Source: Setoptus koraiensis
Lineage: Eukaryota > Animalia > Arthropoda
Length of the DNA stretch: 64,000 nucleotides
Reading direction: 5' to 3'
Assembly (NCBI GenBank): GCA_048013815.1
Contig: CM106586.1
Coordinates: 1,612,001 to 1,676,000, forward strand
The notes under the pieces were generated by a model. That model did no database searches. It saw only the letters and a list, made by a program, of their open reading frames with translations, and was not told where the DNA came from. Shown here one piece after another: positions 11,901 to 26,295 of this stretch (the first letter of the stretch is position 1; each line of letters starts with the position of its first letter). The translations under genes and the position numbers were made by a program.

Positions 11901-13169
11901 GTTTATGTATGTAGTGCGCATAGGTGTCCTTCATCACCATCTAAAGTGATGACAGCTACACATGACGATAAAATGACGACAATCCCCTCTGATGATACGT
12001 GATAATTTGTTTGTTTGTTGTGTGCACTACAGCAGCATTGTTGTGTGATAGTTTAGACAGCTATAGAGAGGCGCTAGTTAACAAAATTTAAGTGGGCAAC
12101 ACAACGCAACACAAACAACGTAAATGGCATGATACTATTGTGATACTCATGTTATGCGTTTGTATACATTTATTAATTGCTGTTGCTTCTGTGTTCTATG
12201 TGTTATATAACTCGAAAGTGACTCAACCAAAAAGGTCGTTAGCCTTTGCACTACTGTATGTTACACTGCTCTATGACACCATTATGCAACCATTAACTCT
12301 GTCTACCATCAAAGAGAAACTCTTCCATGATAACAGTTGATATATTATTATTGATCACCCTCTAATTGGGGGCCACATAGCTAGCAAAAGCTGAACAAAT
12401 TGCTATTCAAAATTGGTCAAATGGCCTAAAACTGATCGTCATGCTATTCAAGCATCATGTACAATATTTGATTGCAAGTCGATTATTATTCAATTTACAC
12501 GAGTCACTCCAATAATGAATGTACATGGATATGGTACATGGATGTACATAGATTGGACTGTAGGCATTAAACAATTATCCAAACTGGGAAAGCTTTTAAT
12601 TTGTCCATTTAGACATAAGTTGGCGTGATTGAAAACTTTGCCCTGGTCTTGAACCATACATGAATGTTGTGTATGTTCATCACATACTCATACTCATTTG
12701 GTTACTATTTGGAATTTGTTTGTTGCCGAGCTCGAATCATGTGTAGTAGTAGTTGACTTAATTATGCACAGTCACACTTTACTCGTTAGCTGTTCACATT
12801 TTTAGTGACAAGAGAGCTGTTGCTTGGCACTTCCTCTCTCCCATTACATAGCTCCTTGTTTGTTGCTAGCTAATGAAGAGCTATACACAGCTCGCCATCC
12901 AACAACAAACGAGTCCACTCTTGGCAGGCTCAACAAGACATTGTATTAGGCGGCAGCGGCGGCGGCGGCGCCAGCATTAGCAAATTGAAACTCTGAGAGA
13001 AACATGAATAAAAAATCAAGTTTAGAAAAGAAGCTGGACTAGTCGATGCTGGTGATTGACTGCCATTGTGGGATGCCCTCTGGCAAGTACAATCGCATAG
13101 AAAGCACTACAAACAAGATGTTTTAGTGATTATACATCTATCTCTTTCTCCGGCTAACTCTACATGCTA

Positions 13170-13206
13170 ATTAACACATGGCCATGCAGACCGGCCATGT
13201 GTTAAT
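13170..13206. repeat. Perfect 14-bp inverted repeat, 9-nt loop
   Basis: attaacacatggcc-atgcagacc-ggccatgtgttaat. Confidence 0.9.
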
Positions 13207-16200
13207 CAACGGCGATAATAAATGCAAGCTTTCCTTTTTGGAGTTTGCTTCGATTTGCTAATTTTAAGGTCGTTGCGCTACTGTCACATAGACAGGAGAC
13301 TATTAGGGCCTTTATGTTGTCGCCGGCGTTGTCGTTGTTGCGCTGCAAGCGATTATACGACTTCGAGTGACTGACCCATGCGCCGGCGACAAAATGCTAT
13401 TCTAAATTGGCTCTGATATTAAAATGTGTGTGTGTGCCCCCTGCCGACTAGATGCCGGCCAGTGTCTAACTGCAGCGAGGCACACAAACCGCCAGCAAAC
13501 ATTATTATAATATTTGAATTCATTACACTTCTTTCTATCATCTATGTGTGTAATGGTATGCGGCTGGCGTGTTGCCGACGCAGCTGATGCAGTCTGACGT
13601 AATTTACCAAACTCGAATAATCTCGATCGACCTTCTACTCCGTAGCTGACCGCCACCGTCAGCCAACTTCCCCTTCTGTTTCGCTATTTGCGAAGCACTA
13701 CAACTAATTTCTGGCTCCATTTGCTCGCTGGCTCACCGGCTGGTCAGCTTGTATTAGTGCCAATTACTCAGCACATATGACTAGTGTTTCGAACTTGATT
13801 TTTCTGACTTGAGATTTTGCAAATATTCAATCCACACACACGCATTAAACTGGCGGCAATTTGAGTGACAGCCGTGTCAGAGCGAGGGCCTTTGTCTGGC
13901 TTGTTAGCTCACTGGTAGAGAGCATCATCGTCGGTTGTTGTTGTTACTGTTGGTCAACTGGCTTGCTGTTGGCCTAGTAGCCTTGCCAATGTTGATAATA
14001 ATAATCATAATATTTTAATGGCCATGTAAAAAGAATTTTGCCAGTGCCATCAGCAACAGCGACAGCAACGGTGGCAATGCCAGTCAAAAGAGCGTGTCCA
14101 CTTGGTGGCGGTTACCACTTTTTTAATTGATTTGCATAGCTGCGCTCTATTCAGTTGCTATCTCCACCATATAGATAGATACAGATAGAGAAAAAGCGGT
14201 CAGTCTATTCGGTGTCCATCACAGGTAGTCGATCTACCACTGTGTCGACTTTGATCTTTATTTAGTGGCTGCTGTTGTTGCAACGATAACCACCACGCTG
14301 ACGGTCAAGCTCGTCGACACACAGCGCAAGCGGCCAAGGAACTTGACTGTGGATAAATTTGGCCAACCATTTGCCCTCTAGTTGTCACTCATCTTTTCTA
14401 TGCAAAACGTTGTTGCCTTTGTTGCTGTTGTTGTGGTTGCTGTTGTTGTTGCTGTCGTTGTTGTTGTTGTTGTTGCTACTGTTGTTGCTGTCCTGCCCGA
14501 CAAACGCTTAACAATATTCATTCATCGGTCTGTTACAAGCATTTTGTGGGTTCACCTGACACACCGACACACAGGTGATGTAAGCAGTTTAACATGCAGT
14601 AGAGAGAAAGTTGATGCTGGCGAGCTTGTTGTCGGTCGTCAGTCAGCCATTGAATGCGGCCATGTTTAGCGGCGTGTTAGCAGGCCACCGCCATTGCACA
14701 TTAAGCGCATGAGAGCGAAGATGTATTTTCTAGCTTCGAGCTAGACAGTATTTAACGGTAGCACAACAACGCTGTATAAGTGTAAAAATGTAGCTGTTAT
14801 TTTGCCGTTGCTGCTGCTGTATTCTGCTCACATCTAACAGCACACCTCTCACATCTCAATCGTAGCTATCGATTGCCAGATTGGATAACTTGGCTTGCTT
14901 GTGCCCATGTTAACAATGCAAAAGTCAAGCGCGCCAGCACGACCGATGGGCCATCGCCGGCCGGCCCGCCATCCATTCATTTTGGCTAGCTCGCTGTGCA
15001 TCAACTGCGTTTCTCGAATTGCCCATTTTACCGATTAAAGATTACAGATTACGCGCACTCAGTTGGCACTTCCTTTTCTCTCTCTCTCTCGCCCTGTCTA
15101 CTCTTATATTTCTTTTGACTACTTGGTCGTCGGGGGTGTGCGAGCCGCACACCCTGTCATTATGTGTTTGGTCTTGGGTAGACACCGCTCACTTGTTGAT
15201 TGCGACCAGCGACTCGTCACTGAAATTCTGCTCTCTTTCAGATACGATACATGCGATGTTGACCTTGGACCTGTGATACTGTCTATACATGTGTTGTTGT
15301 TGTTGTTGAGAGCCAAGCAGCATTTTGATAATGAGCAACAGTAAGATGCAACAACAGCAGCAGCAACAGCAAGGCATTTGTTGGAATAAACTCATTTATC
15401 AGATTCAAAGGATGAAAACAATTACAACTGTAATCAGCATGTTATGATCTCTGATCGCATAACAACAAATCTGTTTTCGGTTGCAGTTTCTTTGCATCTT
15501 CTTGCCTTCGCATTCCTTTGCGCTCGTTTCGTTGTTGGGTTTGCTTTGTTGCGAACATATGAATATATTTCATGCTAGTCAACATAGTTTCCATTAGCTA
15601 CTCTCATTCAGCTAGCCAGCCAGCCAGTTCAGTTAGCTAGTCGGCCGGTTAGTGGCAAAGATAGCAATCTAAATAGCTACTCAACTTGCAGCCAGCAGTA
15701 CTTTGGGTTCTTATTTAGGTTAGAGGAGGCAACATGATCGACATGATTGAGTAAATAGAGGCATTTGTGACTTGTTGTGTTTGTTGCTGCTACCATCATA
15801 CCTGAGACATGAGATGTGTGTTTCTCTGATGATGATTATAGCACATCATTTGTTCTCGTTCTCGTTGTTTTGTTGATGTTGTCAGATGTTGTATAGAGTA
15901 ACACAGCAGCAAATTGATTCATTGATACTGTTTGTTTGTTCCTGTAGAGCACAAACCAAACAAAATCATATTGTTTGCCCATCATTATTATCATGGGCCA
16001 AAATTACATCATGAGCGCCATAGAGAGCCGGTCGTGTTTTCAGCTTGTTGTTGTGTATTGTACGTCAGAGGTAGTTTTGTGTTTGTCTTCGTGTGTGTCC
16101 TCTTTATGCCGGCAACAACAACAGCAGCAGCATTTAGACAAGCATTGAAACATTTTGGCAACAGCATACCCACTGATTAAACAAAGAGTTACTTGCCCCT

Positions 16201-17424
16201 ACACTGAGAGCCAGTGTGTGGTAGTTTCAGCTACACGCCGCCATGACCTAATAATAATGGCATGATGAATTAATGTACTTTTATTTTATACTTTATGCTG
16301 TTTCTTGTTGCCTTTTATATCATATATCACTCAACATAAAACACTGACAAACCGCAACAACCACAACACAACAGCAACATCGATTCAGACAACATTGTGC
16401 CTTATAAATCGCTATACTATCTATCGCTTCCTTTACATTGTCCTCTATTTCTGACAGTTCGCTTTCTGTCTAATAGACAATGTCCAATGTAGACAGAAAG
16501 TGCCAGTTGTGTGCCGGTGTTGGTAACCACGGCAACGTTATAAATTTTCAGCTGTTAGGTGGCACTTTTGAACGGCGCGACCTTGAGCCGTGTGTGTATG
16601 CATTTTTATTATTATATCTTGTGGCCACACTCAACACACATATATGAATATATAAATAAGCATTTATGGTGCGCTGATTGCATAACAACAACAACAACAA
16701 CTACGACGCCATAACAACTATGGCGTTGGCGTTGCCTGTAACAACAGTTGCACCACAATTGCAACAATGCCCTTGATCGCAGGCGTGACCAAAATTTGCT
16801 GTTGGCTTTTTGTCTGCTCTTACTCAGCCATCTTATCTTCTTCTAGCTCATTTATTTATTGTTGTTTATCATGCCGCCTGCCTGTGTGCTGACCGGCCAA
16901 AGAAACAACCGAAAACTGACCAAAGAATTGACCAAAAAACCGAGGCGTCGCAGAATCGGAGAAGGGCGAACAAGCGAAGAAAGAGAAACTCTGGCGATAA
17001 TAGATGCGCCGAACGGGCACCGTTGACCAGATTGTGTCGCCATTGTTGGTTCTCTCTCTGGGTCGCTGGTCACGCCTCGCTCTTCTTCGCGTTCTCGCCT
17101 AATTTTTTTGTCGACTCAGCAACTTAACAACAGGCCAACTTTGGCCCCACTGCAAACTGACTGCGCTAATTTTATCCTTCTGTCGGACCGAGCCAAGCTA
17201 AACTTAACTCAACTGTTTCTTTTTGTTCAGCAGTGCCTTTATCCTGGCACAAGTTTCTTTTTATTAGCGAACACACAACGAACAGACACAAATTATCTCT
17301 GGGCGTCAGCCCTATATACATGTTGCTGTTTGAATACACTGCTCTCGGCTCATTAGCTCACTGGCCGGCTGCTGACGAAAGTATCATAACGGGTTGGCCT
17401 TGTTCAACACCAACCATCATGTCC

Positions 17425-17502
17425 AGCTCACAAGCTCACAAGCTCACATGCTCACATGCTCACTAACTCACTAGCTCACTAGCAGACATGCTCGCTAGCT
17501 CA
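17425..17502. repeat. Degenerate 7-bp tandem repeat (GCTCACA[A/T]-like)
   Basis: agctcacaagctcacaagctcacatgctcacatgctcactaactcactagctcactag. Confidence 0.8.
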
Positions 17503-20500
17503 ACGAGAGTAATGATGCGCTCGTTGAGCCAGTCGGCAAATGACGTAACAGCGATGCTCGTTAGGGGTAAAAGTGCTCACGTTAGTGTGTGCTGTTAGCT
17601 GGCTAAAATAGCCAAACAACAAGTTGGAGAGGCCGAGAATAAAAAGTGCAAAGCGAAAAGAAGAAGCCCATTAGTGATTAGAGCACATTAACGAGCCAAC
17701 CTGATGATGATAGCACCTTCTTTTGCATAAACAATACACAACATACGGCCAGATATGTGTTTGTGTGTGTATGTTGGTTGTTGTTATTTTTTAATGAACA
17801 CCACAGACTTGCGCCCACTCACCCGAATCGGCAACCTTGATAATTTTTCTGTCTCTATATATACACTTACCATTTTATGTTCGCCTAAGCACTATATTTA
17901 ACACGGCAACATGATGCTCATTTATATATCTTGTCCAGCGTATTACATGTTGGCAAATGAGAGAACGTTTGCGTCAAAGTTGTTGTTGGTTAATTAGAAT
18001 TGGAGAATTGATCTCATCATCTCACCTCCTTTATCAACGCGAATCTGCGTGTGTTTGCGGCCACTCATAAATCATGTGTAGCCATGCGAATGATGTTGCC
18101 CATAAACATATGATGTGCGCTCGATGAGCGAACAGCAACTTGCTGGCAGCTCGCTTCGCAACGATCAACCAGGTCCCGAACTGGCCAGTGGTCAGTGTGT
18201 CTTTGTATTGTCCAACCGGCTGCTTGGCTCGCTGGCTGCCAACAAGAATCGATCATCAGAGAGGGAGAGAGTCCGGCCACATTTCTATCTGTTAATGTTA
18301 GATTGCTTTCCTCTCTGCAGTTTGTAGCAAACGGGGGGAGGGCGAAATATGTCGAAGAATCGAGACCAGCAGCCCTCTGGCTGAAGGCGATAATTTTCGC
18401 AAATCACCGCATGTGATCTAATCTGATCTGATTGGTCGCAAGCTGCTGCTAATGCCGCCGCTGGTATTACACTGCTGTATTAACCAATTCTGTAGCAACC
18501 TGTTGATTCATGTCTCATTCACGGACCTGTTTCTATCTTGTGTGTCTCTCGTTGTTTGTGCATGTGTCAAAATGAAGGCGAAAGAACGAGAGAGCCAGAG
18601 AATGAGCGAGAGCCAGAAAGGGGAAATCGATCGGTGATTGCGAGATCAAATTTATCATGTCAATTAGTATTGTCTACACCAAGTGATATTGGCCATGGTG
18701 CGCGCGTCCGCGAACCGTCACCGCTAATGTTGCTCACGTAAGACACGACGATTGGCCCATGTATGTAACTGTTGTATGTTTCATCAGGTTCCTGCATTCG
18801 TTAATTTCCGATTCCAATACGCCTGTCAGTGACAGCGAGAGAGAGATGTTGATTGATTTGAGCAAAACACACACAGAAACATAAATTAAGACCAATTTTC
18901 ACTCACACACACACAGAGGAAACATCACATTTTCACAAGAAAAGTAACAGTAATTTCTACAACAGGCCGACATGACACATTTTCTCTATCTAGACATTTG
19001 TCTGACAACTGGCGTTAGTTGATGGTGGCACATCCTGATTATTATTTGAATCACTGACTCAATCGATGAGTGCAATTCCAACGATAAGATCACTATGGCA
19101 ACAAACTGGCTAGCTAGCTTTAAAATGGGGTAGGCCAATTGAATTAAGATACTTATCAATAGTTATCATTTGATGTGTGTTGTTTTCCTGTCGGCTGAAC
19201 GCCGCATATACACATTAAACACAGCGCCGGTTTTTTTTTGTTTTTGTGTTTATCGCCAATTGCAGCTTTGTTTTTACTTACTTTTAAGCTTTTCAACATC
19301 AATGTGCCAACTTCAAACACACTAGCTGTGATTGGCTGGCGTGTCGAGAAGCCGTCAAACGCAACTAAAGATATCAATCGCTTGTGCACATTGATTGCAA
19401 ATGGACACTGCCATTTGCTTGGCTAACCCGCATCAATCATGTAGCTGTAGGCCTAGTGTTTGACGACTGCCACAGCCACGATGACGCCGACCTTAATTGA
19501 ATTAATTAGAAGCAAGAGTTAAAAGAAAGTGGCTGCTCAACTAGCCTGCCCGTCGTTGCTTGGTCATTGTTGTGAGTCCTCGGCATCATTTGAATAGCTC
19601 CCTTGGTCACTGGCGGCACTAACAACAGCAACGGCAACATCAACAGAAATAGCAGCCACTGACAGCAACGCCTAGTCGTTTCCTGTGAGATTCAGCCATG
19701 CCAATGGTCATTTTGTTGTTTCTGTTGCAGTTGTGTCCATGCAGCTAGCGTGAGCCTTAATTAAGGGCTCGAATGAGGATGACCAGTTTGTTGTTGTTGG
19801 GCAACTCTCTCTCTCTCAGCAGCATCACCTTTGTTGGGGAGCATCGTGTGTGCTGGTCTCGGTGCAGCAGCAACAACAAGTTGTTTAATTGCCAGTTAAA
19901 CTTCAGGCCAAGAAGAAGAGGAGCTTGTTAGCTGATTAGAGTGGACTCTGAACTATTATTTCTTTAGTGGCTCTTCTTCTTATTCTCTCTCTCTCTCTCT
20001 CTCTCTCAGATAATAAGGAGCATTGCCTTGCTGGCCACTGATCTTTCTCACTCTCTCATTATAATCTGCATCTGCACACTCTAAAAGATTAACGGGCCGA
20101 ATAACGTGGAGACGTTGTTGTTCTACTGCGGAGAACAACAACACCAGCAAGAATAATAAGAAGAAAAGAACTTGATGTAGAACAGTGCCTAGTCACACCG
20201 ACATATCTCTATATCTATCTTCTGACCAATAATTGTAACTCTAAATAGTAGCGCCACTACAAGGGTCACCTGGCCAAGAAAATCATATCATCGCGCTTAG
20301 ACACGATGATGATGATGTTTCTATTGCTCGAACTCACACTCACACTCGAACACTCAAGCTGGCAATTGTTGTTAGAGAATTACCGTCAGATTGTTTGAAT
20401 GAAGGATGCTCTTCGTTTTTTGCCTCCCTTTCGCCACTTGTCTTGAATAGTTTGTTCGTTAGAGATTTCATCATTATTGTGCTATTAGTGAGTTTTATGT

Positions 20501-23500
20501 TGCTGCTGCCTAAGAGTGTTGCATCTCTCGTCGTCGTCATCGTCGGTCTCATTGATCGTCGGTCTCATCGGGATAACACCAAGAAGAAATAAATAGAATA
20601 AAATGAAATGAAATAAAATAAAACAAAATAAAAGAATAATTCTAATCAGCGCGCCAGCGAATTGCATCCTCGTTTCGAGTCCCGGCGAATAGCTTCGATT
20701 AATCAAGCTGGCCACAAGCGCAACATGTTGCTCACTCTTCTTTTATCTCAGCATAAGCTAGATTATGAACTCACCCTGGCTCTCTGCAGCTCAGCTAAAC
20801 TCACCTCACCTATCCTCGCCTCGCCTTGCCTCACCTTACATGATGAGTCTGCCTCATCGCGCATCTTCTCAATCAAGCCCACTTATTGCCAAGTTGTTAC
20901 CGCCGCTGTAATCAATTCCGCCGTTCTATGGCCCGTTACTCCGACGCTTCTTTTTCACTTGCAACGTTGGTTTGGCCGCGCCGGCTCGCTTGCAAGCCAG
21001 ACAAGACGCCACTTACCCTAGGGTCAACATTATTGCCAATTTCACCTGTTGTTGATGTTCTTTGTGTGCTTGTTCTGTTTTCGATCGCCACTAACGGGCC
21101 ACTTCTAAGTATAGTAAGTCAGTGAGTATTACACATGTTTGCAACAGCTATGATCAAGCAACAACAACAACCACAGAGATATGATTTACATTGGTTAAAG
21201 CTGGCTGCTTTCGGCCATTGAGCGGCTTATGAGTTTCTTATTTATTTGCTACATAATCTCTTTGTGAGACGACAACGACGACGACTCACACTGACCACTG
21301 CTGTCTGTCTTGCTATCATCGACATCATCTAAGCGAGCAAGTTTTACATAAATCGTCTGTCGTCTGTCGGTTGTTGTTGCCGTTGTTAGTGTAGCTGTTG
21401 GTGATGCCATTAGTCGGCTGTATGAGTAGTGGTCATTTCAGAAAGGAAATGTCTGTCTGTCTGTCTGTCGTTGGTGCCACCCACCGCAAACGACAACACC
21501 GATAAAAAGCCTTATCAGTGTCTATCTGTTGTTGGCCACACATTGAACCACCCATTGAACGGAAGCGCAGTGTTTACTTTCTCTTAATTGATCTTACTTG
21601 TTAGTTGTTGTTGTCGTTGTTATTGCGCATGATGAATAGCATCATTTGCGCTAATGACTAATATGATCCGTTGAATAATCATAAGCCGATCGCTGGCAAA
21701 CGATCAACGCAATATGGTAGCCGAGCTTAAACAAGATCCATCTTTTCCTCTGGCGGTGCACTTGTTGCTTGTTGTTTAGGTATTTGCAGATCATCATTAT
21801 TATCACCATTAGAGACTAATTTCTGCACACATATTCACGAATGAACGTCGTCAGTGTGTCGAGCTGAGCACAAACAGTAGTTAACTAAGGGATAAATCAG
21901 GTTTGATAGATGCATTTGATCGAGTGTGACAAAGAGCAATTTTATCTAGGTTGCGCACAACATCGCCTCTCTAGTTATTCATACCACTACGTATATTAAG
22001 ATAATGTGTCTAATGTTGTGTATGTTGGCCAGCAACAGCAACAGCAAAACTAACACCATACAGGACTAATGCCAATAGTAATAAACAACAACCTGTTCGT
22101 CGTCGTGATGTTTACATCATCAGTCTTGATACATCTCACGCGCGCCGCTTGACGTTCTCAATTCAGCTGTTTGTGAGCCAATAAATGATTAATCTTGCCA
22201 CTCATCCCACAACTATTATTCTCTTACCGCTGGCATTCTGCTCGCTTGCTGTGCATCCATTATTCAGTGGTCGTAATCTGCACTAAAGTATCATTGCCGA
22301 TACACCAAGTGCAGTTGTTGTTGTCGTTGCTAACGTTAATCTTAATCTCAATGTTATTGTTTAGCTTATTTAGTTGTCTAGTTAGAGTTTGCTAGTTTCC
22401 TATCACTATATGCACTGGCTATCGCGGCACTTGTATACGCAGCATAAACATCATTTGCGCCATCGAGCTGCTGCATCCATCGAGCTTCGAACAGCTTTTG
22501 ATATTTTGATCTCTCTTATTCTTGAATTTACATAATAAATATTAATGCGCTTTTGTGTGTGTATAATTATGAAGATGACCAAGTTGTCGGTCTGTCTATT
22601 CTTCTCCATTTATGTTATAACTGGTCATTCGGAATCTACAAACAAACAAACGAGCAAACACAAACTTGCATTGACTCCTCCTGTTTCGTTCACTTATCGT
22701 GTTTGTGTGTGTGTGTTTGTTACACTTGTCTCTTGATACATTTGTGTTGTCTGGCCATTCGAGTTACACTGTCTGTCCAAACAAGCCAACAGACAACAAC
22801 AACAAGTGCCTCTCAATAAAAGTGATGCACTCCACAGCTAGAGGAAGTTTGCCGCCTCAAGCTGCGGCTCGATGCCATTGCCTGTGAGAGCATCATCAAC
22901 AAATCAAGATCAAGATACCAGCAATATAACTGTAAAGCGCTATACTGGCTCGACAGTTATTTATGTATGCTCACGAATTACTATATAACGTATGTATAAC
23001 GTTGTTCCACTTTACTTGTTTGTTGTCGTGGTATCTATAATTTTGTTTCAAAGTGGTTCTCGCCTAGTTGTTGCTGTCCGATGCCAACAACATTGCAAAA
23101 CGAAAAACAACACCGAGCCAATGTTTGCTTTCATCTTGTCCCTCTCAAGTGTTGTTGTTGTTGTTGTTGCCGCTGATGTTGTCTATGCAAATTATCAAAT
23201 TGCTCACACAACTTATGTGAAAACCAATTGATGTTTTTGCAACAGTCTTGTCGCGCCAACATTCATGCCACTTTGCATAAATGCTGCCAACTGCGCTTTG
23301 TGTGTCTGCCCAGATCGCCTGTCTTAACATTCGAATGGGCCCATTGAGAGCACCGCGAGAGAAATCAAATTTGCCACTTAATGTCCAGTTTGTCGGGCCT
23401 TACGGTGCCTATGTTTACCTAGTGTCTTATTGATACTCCTACAACAGCAACTTGTTGCGCTCTCCGTTGCTTGTTTTGCTGCAACGGCACACCATGGGCC

Positions 23501-24042
23501 AGGCTAAGCGAACAATTATCTCATGAGAGCTGTTGCATCTCATTTTTAAGCCAGATATTCATTAGTGAGTGAAACGAAATTGCGTTCATACCTTCGCCAA
23601 TTTCGCAATTTGTGAGTCGAGGTTTGTGTGTTTGCGTCGGAATCGGCCGCTTCGAAATCATTATTGGTTTATGGCGGCAGGTGCTATTATTATTGAGCAG
23701 CAATCGCTTGTGTTTAAGGCGTTTAGGGCGAAACATTTCGCACATTTGACACACATCCCGGTACCAACAGACACATGACCAGCAACAAGTGTTGGCACAA
23801 TAATCGCTCTGGGAAACTCGCCAACTCTCGCCGATTCTTTGCGCCAACCTATTTGTGTGAGTGTTTGTAGAAGTCAATCTATTCACTCCCCCGTTTGGGC
23901 TATTATTATAACTTGAGAAGTAATTAGAGTCGATTGCTCGTTTCTCATTTTTCTCTGTTTGTTTGTTTGTTTGTGTTCACTGGCGATCATGTGTAAATCG
24001 ATTCCTCTTCTTCTTCCAATCCATTGCTGGTTGGTCCATTGC

Positions 24043-24110
24043 GAGTCGACTATTGACAATTGAGAGCCAACTATCAACAATTGAGAGTCAACTATCAAGA
24101 ATTGAGAGTC
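24043..24110. repeat. 21-bp minisatellite, ~3.3 copies
   Basis: Unit gagagtcaactatcaacaatt with 1-3 mismatches per copy. Confidence 0.85.
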
Positions 24111-25206
24111 GGGGTTTTGTCACGACGAATATGAAATATGCTGCATTATGTCTATTCGCCTCTCGTCTGATATTATTCGACATTTAGCACACAACAACAT
24201 CAGCAACAACAACAGCGACCTCGATGATGCCTCGCTCTCGGGTTACTTGACTGCCAGAACTCTACATGTTTGCTTTGTTTGCCTGCAAGATGTCTCAGAG
24301 TTTTCTTTGAGTCGCTAAAACAATAAGCTGTGTCATTTGTGTCCTCTCTTTCCCTCTTAACAGCCCATTGCTATTCAGCAAATATTTGCCTGCTTAAATA
24401 TGGAAACTCGACAACAATACTGGCAAATCCTCGCAGCATCACGGGACTGTTTGCCCGAATCGATATTATCATTTGATGAGCCGAAAGCTAATGAGTTTGC
24501 CGTGCAACGACAAGCTGTGTGTGTGTGTGTGTGTGTGTTGTGAGTAGTCAGTCAATCATCAAGACTCCTTAAAAAAGGCATTTCAGTAACTAGAGTCTAG
24601 TTAAACTTAATCAGCGACAAGCCAAGAATTAGCTTTGTTGGGGTCGTTGTCAGACGGAGCCAGAGGAGTGTGCCATTATTCAAAGAGCAAAGCTCTTAAA
24701 TTAGCGAACAATTTTATTATTTATCCGCCAGTGTATTACAACGGCCGACAGGCCGCTAATAACTAAACAGAGTCAATATTTACCGGCAACAAAGACAATT
24801 GTTGCGATTGTGTTTCGCCGAAAAGTTTGTGTGCTTTTCTCATACTTGCCTCGCGCTGTTCGGATGGGGCGCTGAATTGTTGGCGCGGTCACTCGGCTGC
24901 AACTGTTATCATTTCATGGTGAGACCGTGTCCAGCTCACCATCTCACCTGGCTCAGCTTGCGCCACCAGTGGCCACCTTTGTAAGCCTCTCGGTCTGTCA
25001 CACACACACTGTTGGAATACGACGGACACGGTGAGCTAGGTGAACTCTCAGATATCATTTCAGTCAGATGATCATGTGAGTCAGCTGATCGGTGTGAGTC
25101 AGATCTGCAAAATAGACGACCCATTAGAGAAAAACTGCACACATTACAGTTATGCTCACTTGGGCCGGCTTCTGAGTGCCTCTGACAAGTCAGCTGACTT
25201 GCGAGC

Positions 25207-25265
25207 TTCCAAATACAATCAGTGTATTCCAAATAAGATCAGCGTATTCCAAATACAATCAGTGT
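25207..25265. repeat. 20-bp minisatellite, ~3 copies
   Basis: ttccaaatacaatcagtgta / ttccaaataagatcagcgta / ttccaaatacaatcagtgt. Confidence 0.9.
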
Positions 25266-26226
25266 GGGCAACAAGCTAGTATCAGTTACATAATCATGAT
25301 CGAGTTGTGCGTCTGGCTATTGTTGTCGTTTGTTCGATTCGAAGGTTGCAAATTGATGGTTTATTTGACGCTCACACTCTAAAGTTATCGACTCAATGGT
25401 GACTATCATTTTATTTGTTGTGCTAGTTGTCAATTGTGCGTCACTTATTGTCGGCGTGGTTATTACTGTTGTTGTTGCCGTTGTTGTTGCTGTTGTTGTT
25501 GCTGGTGCCGGTGTTGTTGCGGCCACCTGTCACAGCAACAACAGCGCAACTGCCACCACCCAATTGTCGCTATTTAATACAATATATCACCAGCAGACAG
25601 GCCAGCCAGCCAGCCAGCAAAGTGGTCATGCCAGTCACAAAAGAGTCTATGTGTGTGCCAGACGATATCTCACATTATTACATCATGCCAGTGTGATATT
25701 ATCAATATGTTTGGGCTAGCAGCACACGAGCGATTGCCGCTTGCCCGCTTAACGGTGCTCGCTCGGTTAGCCTGTTAGTTGCAATCCGAAAGCGAGTTTG
25801 TGTGTGCGAGAGTATGAGCGAGTAAATTCGAAGAAAGTGCGGATAGCAAACCGTTGTTATTTTATCAATATCAATCAATTGTTTGTGTTCAATTGTTGTG
25901 TTTGCCACTCGCTGCCACCAGAGTGCTAATATGCTGATACATGTGATTATGGCATTATGAAAGCCAGCCAGCCAACAGTGAAACACTATACACCAGTTAT
26001 GCGTAACAGCAACAACAACGAGCGATCTCTACTGGCCGATAAGCTGGGTAATTGTTGCACTGGCAAACAACAAACAGCAAGCTTGCCATCACGCGCAATC
26101 CTGATAAGGAAATTGGCTGACCACGCGATTATATTCATTGCAAGCGAGCCATGGGAGCTCGCTTACACGCACAACAATCGCAGCACCATTACTGCCAGTG
26201 AAATGTAAATGATCTGGCTGTGCCTT

Positions 26227-26295
26227 TTGTTGTTGCTGTTGTTGTTGCTGTTGTTGTTGCTGTTGTTGTTGCTGTTGTTGTTGCTGCTGTTGTTG
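26227..26295. repeat. Compound (TTG)3CTG trinucleotide repeat
   Basis: Direct reading; 12-bp period. Confidence 0.9.

Noticed and set aside
24043-25265. Short direct repeats as a CRISPR array
   Set aside because: Units are contiguous with no unique spacers, there are no cas genes, and the context is eukaryotic.
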